A DNA stretch of 64,000 nt, from the NCBI GenBank assembly GCA_965216875.1, contig OZ244207.1, positions 2,016,001 to 2,080,000 on the forward strand, written 5' to 3'. Under the pieces are notes generated by a model that saw nothing but the letters and a program-made list of their open reading frames with translations, did no database searches and was not told where the DNA came from. Shown here one piece after another: positions 17,440-25,862 of the stretch. This DNA is from Rubripirellula sp. GTDB lineage: Bacteria > Planctomycetota > Planctomycetia > Pirellulales > Pirellulaceae. The position numbers and the translations under genes are program-made. Each line of letters starts with the position of its first letter. The first letter of the stretch is position 1.

Positions 17440-19905
17440 TCAGACAGCTTGCTCTTTGCGCTGAATGTCGCCAAAACTGTCCCACCAACGATGAGCATCT
17501 TCGACTGCCCACGGGAATCGGCTTCTCAGCTGGTTCACTTCGTCTTGTAATTCATCAATGGTGACGAAGCGTTGCTCGGGGTCTTTGGCCATGCAGCGCA
17601 TCACAAAAGCCGTGATCTCTTCGGGCAGCGGTTCGTCCCGATGAATCGACATGCTGATCGGTTCTTGCGTGATGATGAGCGCGAAGAGCGATTCGGGGTC
17701 ACATTCGATGAAGGGGGGCCGACCGGCAAGCAAAAAGTAGGCAACGCATCCTACAGAATAGATGTCGGATCGGGGATCGGAATTGGCGGGAGCACGAAAA
17801 CGCTCAGGCGCCATGTACATCGGTGTGCCCGCCCAAACCGCTTCCGAGGTCTGGTAGACGTTCATGTTCTGTTGCAGCGGCTTGGCGAGTCCATAGTCAA
17901 ACACCACAGCCCAATCACCGACCGAAGGGTCAAACGACAACATGACATTTTGCGGTTTGATATCGCGATGCAGGAGCTGCAAAGAGTGGGCTTCGCTGAG
18001 TGCCTCGCACATCTGGGCGATGATCGAGAGCACGCGGCCGATCGGTTGGAAGCCATCGCGGCCGACCACTTCACTTAGGGTCAAGCCCTTAAGCAACTCC
18101 ATGACGCAGAATGCTTCGCCATCTTCCGAGCGACCGTAGTCATAGATCATTACGCTATGCGGGCTGCTCAATGAAGCCGCCAACCTTGCCTCGCGATCAA
18201 AACGCAATCGATCTTCTTTGTTGTGCCGGTCACCTCGGAGCAGTTTCAACGCTGTATCTCGTCCGAGTTGTCGGTGCCGCGCCCGATAGACGACTCCCAT
18301 GCCTCCGCTTCCAAGTTCGCTGAGCACTTCATAGCGACTTAAGGGATGAACGGCGGCGTGCGCTCGTGCCGACCGGCTGGCGATCATTGCCGCTGCTGCA
18401 AATGCGGTCAGAAACAGAATGCTGCCGAGAATCAAGAAGCTGAAGCCGACGATCCGAGTCGGCGCGAAGGCGACATTGACACTTCGCTCGATCACCACAC
18501 CGATCCGTCGGGTTGAATTCCAGCGCCATGCGCCAACGACTTCTTCGCCAGCGTAGTTGTTGTAGGGCTGGATCCGCACCGCGCTATTGCCGTTGGTGAC
18601 CGACATCACGCTGACGGTCAGTGGGCTAATGTTGCGATCGAATTGATCAATCACGTCCGCTGAAAGCTTCATCCCTGGATCTGCCACCCGCAGCCGCGCG
18701 GCAATGGCATTGGAAGCGACATCAAGAGCACCTTGGTCGGCCAGAACTTTGGCATGACGACTTTCCGAAACCATCACCCCCTGTTTGTTGACCGCATAGG
18801 CATCGAGTCCACTTTCGAGCGTGATTTCAACGAGCATCCGATTGAGCTCGTCGTACATATCGAAACCGCGAACCATCAGTGCCGCAATCACTCGGTCGCT
18901 GTCATCATCAAGGACTGGCACGATAATCGCCATGATCGGCTGGTCCGTTTCAGGCTGGTAGCCCTCGGTTTCTTCCGTCAGGCGTTCTGGACCAAAGATG
19001 ACGTTCTCGTTGCGCATCACACGGGCCAAGTTTGCGGCGCGGTCGTGATGTACCGGTGTGCCGACGTCCTCGCCCCCTTCAAGCGAGCTTGCGATGGTCA
19101 TGTAGGAATCACTCCAGACCACAAACTTGATGTCGTCTGAGTTGGCGAGTGTTCGCAGCGCTTGGTGAATCGTCTTTGAGTGAGGCGCTTTGCGCAGTTC
19201 GGCATCGGCCGTATCTGCCTTTGCCAGCTCCACCAAACCGAGGATGGCTTTGCGAATCTCAGGTTGTCGCGACCACGATTGGACAAGTTGAACCTTGTCT
19301 TCGAGGAATCGGTCGGTCGCTAGTGAAACCGTATCGGCGACGCCAACCAACTCGTTGTGAACGGTCTGGTTCATCGTCGACTGAACCCGCTGGAAGGTGA
19401 ACCAACCGACCAGTGCCGTTGGCAGCAACGCAGCCAGCCATAGCCAGCGGGATGTCGTGCGCCGACTTTGGCGCGTTCGTTGAGCCCAAAGCAGAGTACT
19501 CGGCGACTTCTTTGGGACCGAGGTGTTGCCATGCTTCGGCGAAGCGTGGGTTCGTTCGGCGCCATGTTTGGTGACTTGAGACGACGGGCGCTTCGTTTGT
19601 TGGCTGACGAAGGGCCCTGACTTTTGCTGTCCGGTTTCCGTCGTTTTGTTACCAGCGTTCTGACTGGTTGTGTAATCGCTTGCTGCGAGAGCTTGCTGCA
19701 AGGAAGGTGGAGCTAGCGGGACAGCGTTCTCACCCTCGACCTTGGCGGACTCCGGATCGTGCTCAGCCAGCAACGAAATGACTTCGTCATAAAGCTCTTG
19801 ATCGTCGCCCGCCTTTTCACGGACGAACGACTCGCGCTGTTCCGGCGGCAGCTCATCCGCTTCGAGAAAGATATCTCGCATGCGAGAGTAGCGCGCTGCA
19901 TCCAT
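17440..19905 (-). CDS. Membrane-bound Hanks-type Ser/Thr kinase with extracytoplasmic (Cache-like) sensor
   Basis: GSGGMGVVY, ALK, HRDIKPQN, DYG, GTPMYMAPE; two TM helices flanking a ~310-aa domain. Confidence 0.95.
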   Translation of the reverse strand: MDAARYSRMRDIFLEADELPPEQRESFVREKAGDDQELYDEVISLLAEHDPESAKVEGENAVPLAPPSLQQALAASDYTTSQNAGNKTTETGQQKSGPFVSQQTKRPSSQVTKHGAERTHASPKHGNTSVPKKSPSTLLWAQRTRQSRRTTSRWLWLAALLPTALVGWFTFQRVQSTMNQTVHNELVGVADTVSLATDRFLEDKVQLVQSWSRQPEIRKAILGLVELAKADTADAELRKAPHSKTIHQALRTLANSDDIKFVVWSDSYMTIASSLEGGEDVGTPVHHDRAANLARVMRNENVIFGPERLTEETEGYQPETDQPIMAIIVPVLDDDSDRVIAALMVRGFDMYDELNRMLVEITLESGLDAYAVNKQGVMVSESRHAKVLADQGALDVASNAIAARLRVADPGMKLSADVIDQFDRNISPLTVSVMSVTNGNSAVRIQPYNNYAGEEVVGAWRWNSTRRIGVVIERSVNVAFAPTRIVGFSFLILGSILFLTAFAAAAMIASRSARAHAAVHPLSRYEVLSELGSGGMGVVYRARHRQLGRDTALKLLRGDRHNKEDRLRFDREARLAASLSSPHSVMIYDYGRSEDGEAFCVMELLKGLTLSEVVGRDGFQPIGRVLSIIAQMCEALSEAHSLQLLHRDIKPQNVMLSFDPSVGDWAVVFDYGLAKPLQQNMNVYQTSEAVWAGTPMYMAPERFRAPANSDPRSDIYSVGCVAYFLLAGRPPFIECDPESLFALIITQEPISMSIHRDEPLPEEITAFVMRCMAKDPEQRFVTIDELQDEVNQLRSRFPWAVEDAHRWWDSFGDIQRKEQAV

Positions 19906-20562
19906 TCACTCTGCCTCTGGCGACGCGTCATCCGCAGGCAGATTGTCCGCTTCGGGCGCGTCCTTTTCGGCTGCTTCGCGCTCCGCCGCCTCGGCGTCGT
20001 CAACGATTTCACCGCTTCGCAATTCGCGTCGCATCCAAGCGCGGGCCATCGCCCATTCTTTTTCGACCGTTCTCAGACCGAAGTTCATCTCGGTGGCGAT
20101 CTCTCGCATGGTCATGCCGCCAAAGAACCGCAACTCAACGATTTTGGCCTGGCGTGGGTTCAGATCGGCAAGCGTCTTGAGAAGGTCGTCAAGGGCAACA
20201 ACATCGCTATCGCGACTGAGTTGAAAGGTGACTTCGTCGGTCAATTGGCGACGATCCCATCCGCCGCCGCGTTTGAGCGAGCGGACTTTGCGAGCGTGGT
20301 CGACCAGGATGCGTCGCATCACCGTTGCGCCGATCGCAAAGAAGTGGGTCTTGCCTTGCCAGTTGATCCGCGATTGGTCCACCATCCTCATGTAGGCTTG
20401 GTGAACGAGCGACGAGGAACTGAGTCGGTGGCGCATCGGTTCGTTTTGTAGAAAACGTCCCGCCAGACGGCAGAGGTCTTCATACATCAACGAGAAGAGG
20501 CGGTCCGTTTCGCCTTCATGTCCGTCGCAGCTACGGCTTACCAGATCTGTGATCGAACTCAT
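19906..20562 (-). CDS. ECF sigma factor (TIGR02999/ECF43-like, kinase-associated)
   Basis: LVHQAYMR...HFFAIGA..MRRILVDHAR...KRGG...VELRFFGG...W.MARAW. Confidence 0.93.
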   Translation of the reverse strand: MSSITDLVSRSCDGHEGETDRLFSLMYEDLCRLAGRFLQNEPMRHRLSSSSLVHQAYMRMVDQSRINWQGKTHFFAIGATVMRRILVDHARKVRSLKRGGGWDRRQLTDEVTFQLSRDSDVVALDDLLKTLADLNPRQAKIVELRFFGGMTMREIATEMNFGLRTVEKEWAMARAWMRRELRSGEIVDDAEAAEREAAEKDAPEADNLPADDASPEAE

Positions 20563-20730
20563 GATCAGTTGCGCTCATCCTGTTCATTGTCCACCGAAGC
20601 TCACCAAAACGATCGTGTCTTCAATGTGAACTGACGCCAATCGTGGTCGGTTGACGTCGGGTATTCCGCTTCATCGTCGCGGCAAGACAAGGGTCGCAGG
20701 GCCTCCATCGACTCCGCATTCCTCCCTCTA

Positions 20731-21648
20731 CTATAACGCCCCGCTGTCATCAATGTAATATTCGCTCGCCAGCCTCACAGTAGCGGCATGGATGTCAACG
20801 ATGTCGTCTATCTGGGGTGCGTACCCGCCCGCCATCGCAATGGCCAGTGGAATTCGCTCTTCTTGGCACCACCGCAGCACCCGTGCGTCTCTGGCTGCTA
20901 GTCCCGCTTTGGTGAGGGAAAGTCGACCAAGTCGATCATTTTGGTAGGGGTCGGCACCGGCCAAATAGATTCCCAGATCAAAGGCACCGGCCTTGGACAC
21001 TTGCGTCAATGCGTCGTCAAGCTGATCGAGGTAATCCTGATCACAAGTACCGTCTGGCAGCTCGACATCGAGGTCGCTGGGGTGCTTGCGGATGGGGAAG
21101 TTCTTTTCGCCATGAATCGAGAGTGTGAAGACGCTTGAATCGCCACAGAAGATCGCAGCCGTTCCATTTCCCTGGTGCACGTCCAAATCGATGATGCAAG
21201 CTCGGTCAATGAGCTTCGATTGTTGTAGCACGCGGATCGCGACGGCTGCGTCATTGAAGACACAGTAACCCTCGCCGGCGTCAGCAAACGCGTGGTGCGT
21301 GCCGCCGGCCAAATTGACGGCGACTCGTTCGTTGAGTGCGGCCGTCGAGGCGGCGATCGTCGCCCCCACGCTTCTCTGGGATCGCTCCACCATCTTTGTC
21401 GACCAAGGGAACCCGATACGGCGAATCTCTTCTTTGGACAGTCCGCCTTGGAAGACGGCGTCAACATACCTTTCCGTATGACAGAGTCTCAGCGAATCGA
21501 AATCGGCTGCAGGTGGCACGAGCAGGGTGTCGCCCACATGACAATCGCTCAGCGCGATTCGTTGCCGCAGCAGGCGATACTTGGACATCGGGAACCGATG
21601 CTTTGCGGGCAGGGGCAACTCAAAATGGTCGGTGTAAAAGATCTTCAC
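20731..21648 (-). CDS. Histone deacetylase family protein
   Basis: HRFPM.KY, GGTHHA, GYCVFND, DLDVHQGNG, GAD, GGY. Confidence 0.95.
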   Translation of the reverse strand: MKIFYTDHFELPLPAKHRFPMSKYRLLRQRIALSDCHVGDTLLVPPAADFDSLRLCHTERYVDAVFQGGLSKEEIRRIGFPWSTKMVERSQRSVGATIAASTAALNERVAVNLAGGTHHAFADAGEGYCVFNDAAVAIRVLQQSKLIDRACIIDLDVHQGNGTAAIFCGDSSVFTLSIHGEKNFPIRKHPSDLDVELPDGTCDQDYLDQLDDALTQVSKAGAFDLGIYLAGADPYQNDRLGRLSLTKAGLAARDARVLRWCQEERIPLAIAMAGGYAPQIDDIVDIHAATVRLASEYYIDDSGAL

Positions 21649-21660
21649 CCAACTCGACTC

Positions 21661-22155
21661 TTATTGCCATGGAAGCCGACAGACACCCCATTGGCCGTTG
21701 TTCTCGTCGACAGCGACTTCGATCCAGTCGAGCGCTTCGCCGAATTGCTCGCGTGTTTGTTCCATCACGCGTTCGGCGATCACTCGGGCGATTTCTTCTG
21801 CGGTGGTGTTGATCACCGGCAACAGCACACAGTCTTCGTTGGGAAACACCCAGCGTTTGTCGCGGAAGGTCGCCGTGGTTTCCTTTTCGTCGCTGGTTAC
21901 GTGGATTTCCGCGTGGCTCTGCGGCAAGATCACGTGGTGGTCCATCGTCATCGTCTCTTTCAGCACTGCATCACGCAGCGCAATGAAATCGACGACGTAA
22001 CGATTCTCATCAAGCGGACCTTCGACGCTTGCGCGTACGCCGTAATTGTGGCCGTGAATGCGTTCGCAGATGTCACCTGCGAAGGTGATGAAGTGAGCCG
22101 CCGAAAAAGTGAATTGTTCTTTGGTGACATCGACTCGGAAGGTCGGCTTGCTCAT
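21661..22155 (-). CDS. 6-pyruvoyl-tetrahydropterin synthase family (COG0720), CExxHGH type
   Basis: FSAAH, CERIHGHNY, VDF, DH, TTAE; ATG overlaps the upstream TGA (ATGA). Confidence 0.9.
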   Translation of the reverse strand: MSKPTFRVDVTKEQFTFSAAHFITFAGDICERIHGHNYGVRASVEGPLDENRYVVDFIALRDAVLKETMTMDHHVILPQSHAEIHVTSDEKETTATFRDKRWVFPNEDCVLLPVINTTAEEIARVIAERVMEQTREQFGEALDWIEVAVDENNGQWGVCRLPWQ

Positions 22156-23060
22156 TCTCGCTCGCTCAGAGATTCGAAGGAGGGTTGGTTCGAACGCAGT
22201 AAAACGTACAGTGAGGCGGCAATCAAATCCGCTGTTGTTCCGGGGTTGTAGCGATTGCCGTCTGACCGCAGGAACTGATCCAAGGCAGCAACCTCGGCGG
22301 GACATTGGAAGTTCACACCGGACGCACGTCTTTGTACCTCGACGGCAACCTCGCGTCCTTGTTTGCGAATAATCAATGAATCCGGCTCGGCGGCGAGCAA
22401 TTCCAAATGGGCACAGCCAATACCGGAAAGAAGGTCACCGGTCGCAGCGATACTGCGTCCCACCACAGCGGTGATGTTGTCAATCAGGTCAGCAAACCCG
22501 CAAACGAACTGACGGGCAACACGATCATACGAAGAGGCGATTTGCATCGCTGCGATCAAGTCCGCGGGGGCGCCTTCGGAAGCGTGCAAATCCATTTCCT
22601 CAGCCTTTCCCAAGCCGCCAGCCATGGCGCTGTTGATCGCATCATAGACGTTGCGCGAGTCTGCTTCGGTCAAGCCTTGCAAGATGCTGGTGATCGCGTC
22701 TTTCCAATCGCACGCGGTGCGCTGCTCCGGCGTTTTGCCGCAGGCGAGCATGGATTCATCGGCGGCAACAAGCGGCCCCATCAAGAGCAAGATCCCGAGA
22801 TTCACATTGGTGCCGGTCTTGGCAACCGTCTCGGAAACGGCTCGCTTGATCGACGCCGAGAACGAAGCATCGCCGGTGTCAAACACCTCGGCTGCGATTT
22901 CTGCGGCGAGAACAAAATCGGAATAGTTCAGATCGTCGAAACTGGCTCCGGGATGGACATTGCCTACCTTGGGCGCGGTCGCTTCGAGAACACAGGCCCA
23001 ACGCAATGCACTCGCACGATCGCCGGCGACCTCTCGAATGCTCTGCAGCGGGTCAGTCAT
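22152..23060 (-). CDS. Triphosphoribosyl-dephospho-CoA synthase (CitG)-like protein, archaeal/methylotroph Orf7 type
   Basis: LEATAPKVGNVH, NVNLG, DSLI.RK.G, NPGTTADL. Confidence 0.88.
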   Translation of the reverse strand: MTDPLQSIREVAGDRASALRWACVLEATAPKVGNVHPGASFDDLNYSDFVLAAEIAAEVFDTGDASFSASIKRAVSETVAKTGTNVNLGILLLMGPLVAADESMLACGKTPEQRTACDWKDAITSILQGLTEADSRNVYDAINSAMAGGLGKAEEMDLHASEGAPADLIAAMQIASSYDRVARQFVCGFADLIDNITAVVGRSIAATGDLLSGIGCAHLELLAAEPDSLIIRKQGREVAVEVQRRASGVNFQCPAEVAALDQFLRSDGNRYNPGTTADLIAASLYVLLRSNQPSFESLSERE

Positions 23061-24030
23061 TGGCGTTCACTTGATCCGCCGCATCTTGCCGAGACGTCGC
23101 GGCGTTGCGGTTTGCATCGCTTTCTAGAAACTCTTCGATCGCCGCCAACGTTTCCGCAGGGGCATCTTCGATCACATAGTGCCCGGCATCATGGATCTCA
23201 ACCGATTGGGCATTGGGCCAATGCGATTGGAAACGCCTCAAACACTCGGGACGGAAACACCAATCCTTCATGCCCCAAACGAGCAGGGAAGGGAGGTCCG
23301 AAAGTGACTGCAAATCTTCTTCCAGCTTCGTCAACACAGCATGGGTCGGATGCGATGACTTCATCGGAATGTCTTTGACGAAGGCATCGATCGCAACACG
23401 GTTTTCCCAGCTGTCATAGGGAGCGAGCAATCCGCTTGCGGCCTCGGGCGACAGGCTTTGTCGCGACATCGCCATGGTGATGGCAGCCTTTGCAAACAGG
23501 TTCAGCCCGCGAACGCCGAATGTTCCCAGGACGGGGAAACGACATAGTGAAATTCGAAGGGGAATGTAGGGTGGTGGAAAAGCGCCCGTGTTAAGCAACA
23601 CGATTCGTTTCAACCGCTCGCGACGTTCGAGCATCGCTGACAATCCGATCGCGCCGCCCCAGTCGTGGGCGACAAGAGTGATGTCGTCGAGATCGAGTTC
23701 ATCGATCAACCGTACGACGTTATCGCGGTGGGAAGCGAGTGAATAGTTGAACTCGCTGGCATCCGGTTTGTCACTTCGCCCACATCCCATGTGGTCGACG
23801 GCAACGACTCGGTGGGTGGGCGAGAATCGCTCGACGACCTTGCGCCAGTAAAAACTCCACGTCGGATTGCCGTGCACGCAAAGGATTGCCCGCTTTTTCC
23901 CCTCGGCATCGAGACCACTAGCACCGGAACCACCAACACTGGGGCCTTCGTCAAGGTAACGAAGGGTGTGCGAGCCGATCGACAACGATTTCGACGGATA
24001 GGGAAAGATCTCGGAGCTGACGTTTTGCAT
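23053..24030 (-). CDS. oleB: OleB-like beta-lactone decarboxylase / haloalkane dehalogenase family alpha/beta hydrolase
   Basis: HGNPTWSFYWR, DHMGCG.SDKP, HDWGG, WG.KDWCF, GHYVIED. Confidence 0.72.
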   Translation of the reverse strand: MQNVSSEIFPYPSKSLSIGSHTLRYLDEGPSVGGSGASGLDAEGKKRAILCVHGNPTWSFYWRKVVERFSPTHRVVAVDHMGCGRSDKPDASEFNYSLASHRDNVVRLIDELDLDDITLVAHDWGGAIGLSAMLERRERLKRIVLLNTGAFPPPYIPLRISLCRFPVLGTFGVRGLNLFAKAAITMAMSRQSLSPEAASGLLAPYDSWENRVAIDAFVKDIPMKSSHPTHAVLTKLEEDLQSLSDLPSLLVWGMKDWCFRPECLRRFQSHWPNAQSVEIHDAGHYVIEDAPAETLAAIEEFLESDANRNAATSRQDAADQVNAND

Positions 24031-24188
24031 CCCAAGAGTTTCCAAAAAACGAGGCCGATGCGAAACCCGGTACCTTTCGGTCGACCGATTGGCTCGGCGC
24101 GGCATATGATTGAGGGTCGACGTGCGCTATCCTCTGCGGACGATTGAGTCGGTTTCGAACCCCGTTCGCCTGGGAGGGCAGGTAGTCC

Positions 24189-25742
24189 ATGTCACGATCT
24201 CTTTTGGTTGCCCTATGTCTCGGCATCACGAGCACGGTCGCATTGGGTGCCGGCGGGACGCTGACGGTAAAAACCGTCGAAAAGGGGACGGATCAGCCCG
24301 TGATCACCCGGTTCGAACTCTGGCGGGGCCCGATCGACAGCAAACACGTCCCGGTTCGTCGCACCGTTTCGGCCGGAATGGGCATCGTTCTGGACGAATC
24401 GATCGACCTCACGCTGCCCGAGAGTCTCTACACCTTTCGTATGATTCGCGGCCCCGAATATCGCATCGTCACAGGGAATTTCGCGCTCGATAAGACAAGT
24501 CTTGACCAGAAGACCGTGCCGCTGACGCGGATGGTCGAAATGCGGAAACTCGGATGGATTTCGGGTGATTGCTGCGTCGTGCCCTCACCGCACCGCCTTG
24601 AAATGCGGATGGCGGGCGAGGATCTGCATCTGGCTCGCACGCTCGGAAAGGTTGCCGCCAAGCCAGTGGCGAAACGCAAAGCCGACGAAATGCCAGACCT
24701 TGATCCCACATGGATATCGCATGACGTCACCCACCGCGAAGGGCTGGTGTTCTACGGCGATGCCTCCTTTGAAAAGTCGGTCGACGACCCTGGCGATGAC
24801 AAATTGCCCTCAAGCCGGTTCATTGTTGCGGCCACAAAAGCCGAAGAGCCTCCGAAGATTGCCATCGAGAACCCGTTCGCCTGGGAGTTGCCGGTTTGGA
24901 TCGCGAGTCAAAAAATCGACGGCTATTTCCTGCTTGGAGATTGGCTCCGACTGGACAAGAAGATCGCAAGGGTTGTCGATGGTCGGCCTCTTCAAGGCAT
25001 CAACATTGGCGGTGCCAAGAGCGTTGGCCGCCACGCTGAGCGGATCTATTGGAACCTGCTTGAATCGGGACACCGAATCCCGCCTCTGGCCGGGGGCGGT
25101 GATCAAAGTGGCAACAACCCGATCGGCTACAACCGGCTGTACACGGCCGAACCGCTTCACATGTCGTCTTCCGCCGATCCAGAACAGACTGTCGGCCGTC
25201 CAGCGAGTAAGGGAGCATGGTGGGGAGCGGCGTTTCGCGGGTGCTCAGTTGCAACCAATGGCCCGCTGCTTCGCCCGCGCGTTGACGGTGAACTGCCCGG
25301 ATTCGTTTTCAAGAGCACGGGCGACCGAACGTTGAACCTCGAGATCACACTCGACCTCGCAGTTCGCGACCCGGTCGAGTACATGGAAGTGATCCACAAT
25401 GGCCGTGTTCATTACAGCGCGAAACTTGACGAATTCGCGAAGGCGGGCGGTTACATTCCGCCGGTGATCGCCGACGAGAGTGGCTGGATCACCATTCGCG
25501 TCGTGACGCTGTACGAAGACCATTTTCGAGCGGCGATGAGTGCACCGTGGTACATCGAATTTGACGGACAGCGTCGAGTGACAGAGCGGAGCGTCGAGTT
25601 CTTTCACAAGTGGCTCGATGATTACGAACAACGCTTGCTCAAACTCCCCAAGGACAAGCTGCAAAAGCACGTGCCCTTCGTGCGTGCCGCAAGAAAATAC
25701 TGGCTCGACAAAGAGAACTCGCCCGGTTTTGTCGCCAAGTAG
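24189..25742 (+). CDS. Secreted CehA/McbA-like (PHP) metallohydrolase homologue, degenerate
   Basis: Signal peptide; RGPEY, GWISGD, GYNR.Y, ATNGPLL, A.SAPWY; metal-binding His residues apparently absent. Confidence 0.65.
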   Translation: MSRSLLVALCLGITSTVALGAGGTLTVKTVEKGTDQPVITRFELWRGPIDSKHVPVRRTVSAGMGIVLDESIDLTLPESLYTFRMIRGPEYRIVTGNFALDKTSLDQKTVPLTRMVEMRKLGWISGDCCVVPSPHRLEMRMAGEDLHLARTLGKVAAKPVAKRKADEMPDLDPTWISHDVTHREGLVFYGDASFEKSVDDPGDDKLPSSRFIVAATKAEEPPKIAIENPFAWELPVWIASQKIDGYFLLGDWLRLDKKIARVVDGRPLQGINIGGAKSVGRHAERIYWNLLESGHRIPPLAGGGDQSGNNPIGYNRLYTAEPLHMSSSADPEQTVGRPASKGAWWGAAFRGCSVATNGPLLRPRVDGELPGFVFKSTGDRTLNLEITLDLAVRDPVEYMEVIHNGRVHYSAKLDEFAKAGGYIPPVIADESGWITIRVVTLYEDHFRAAMSAPWYIEFDGQRRVTERSVEFFHKWLDDYEQRLLKLPKDKLQKHVPFVRAARKYWLDKENSPGFVAK

Positions 25743-25768
25743 GTCATGCTCCGCATGACAATGCCTAG

Positions 25769-25846
25769 CGTAGCTACCTTCGCCAGAAGGTGGTTTGCAG
25801 TGGCGGGCACTCTCCATCGCCCCGCGCTCTGGCGAGCGTAGCTACG
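25769..25846. repeat. GTAGCTAC-type REP doublet (family B) between convergent genes
   Basis: cgtagctaccttcgccagaaggtgg...cgctctggcgagcgtagctacg; same ends at 48745 and 48993. Confidence 0.9.
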
Positions 25847-25862
25847 GGAGTTGACGCAGGAC

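Noticed and set aside
22152..23060. Assigning citG in a citrate lyase role
   Set aside because: No citCDEFX or mdc genes nearby, and the motifs look like the archaeal/methylotroph type.
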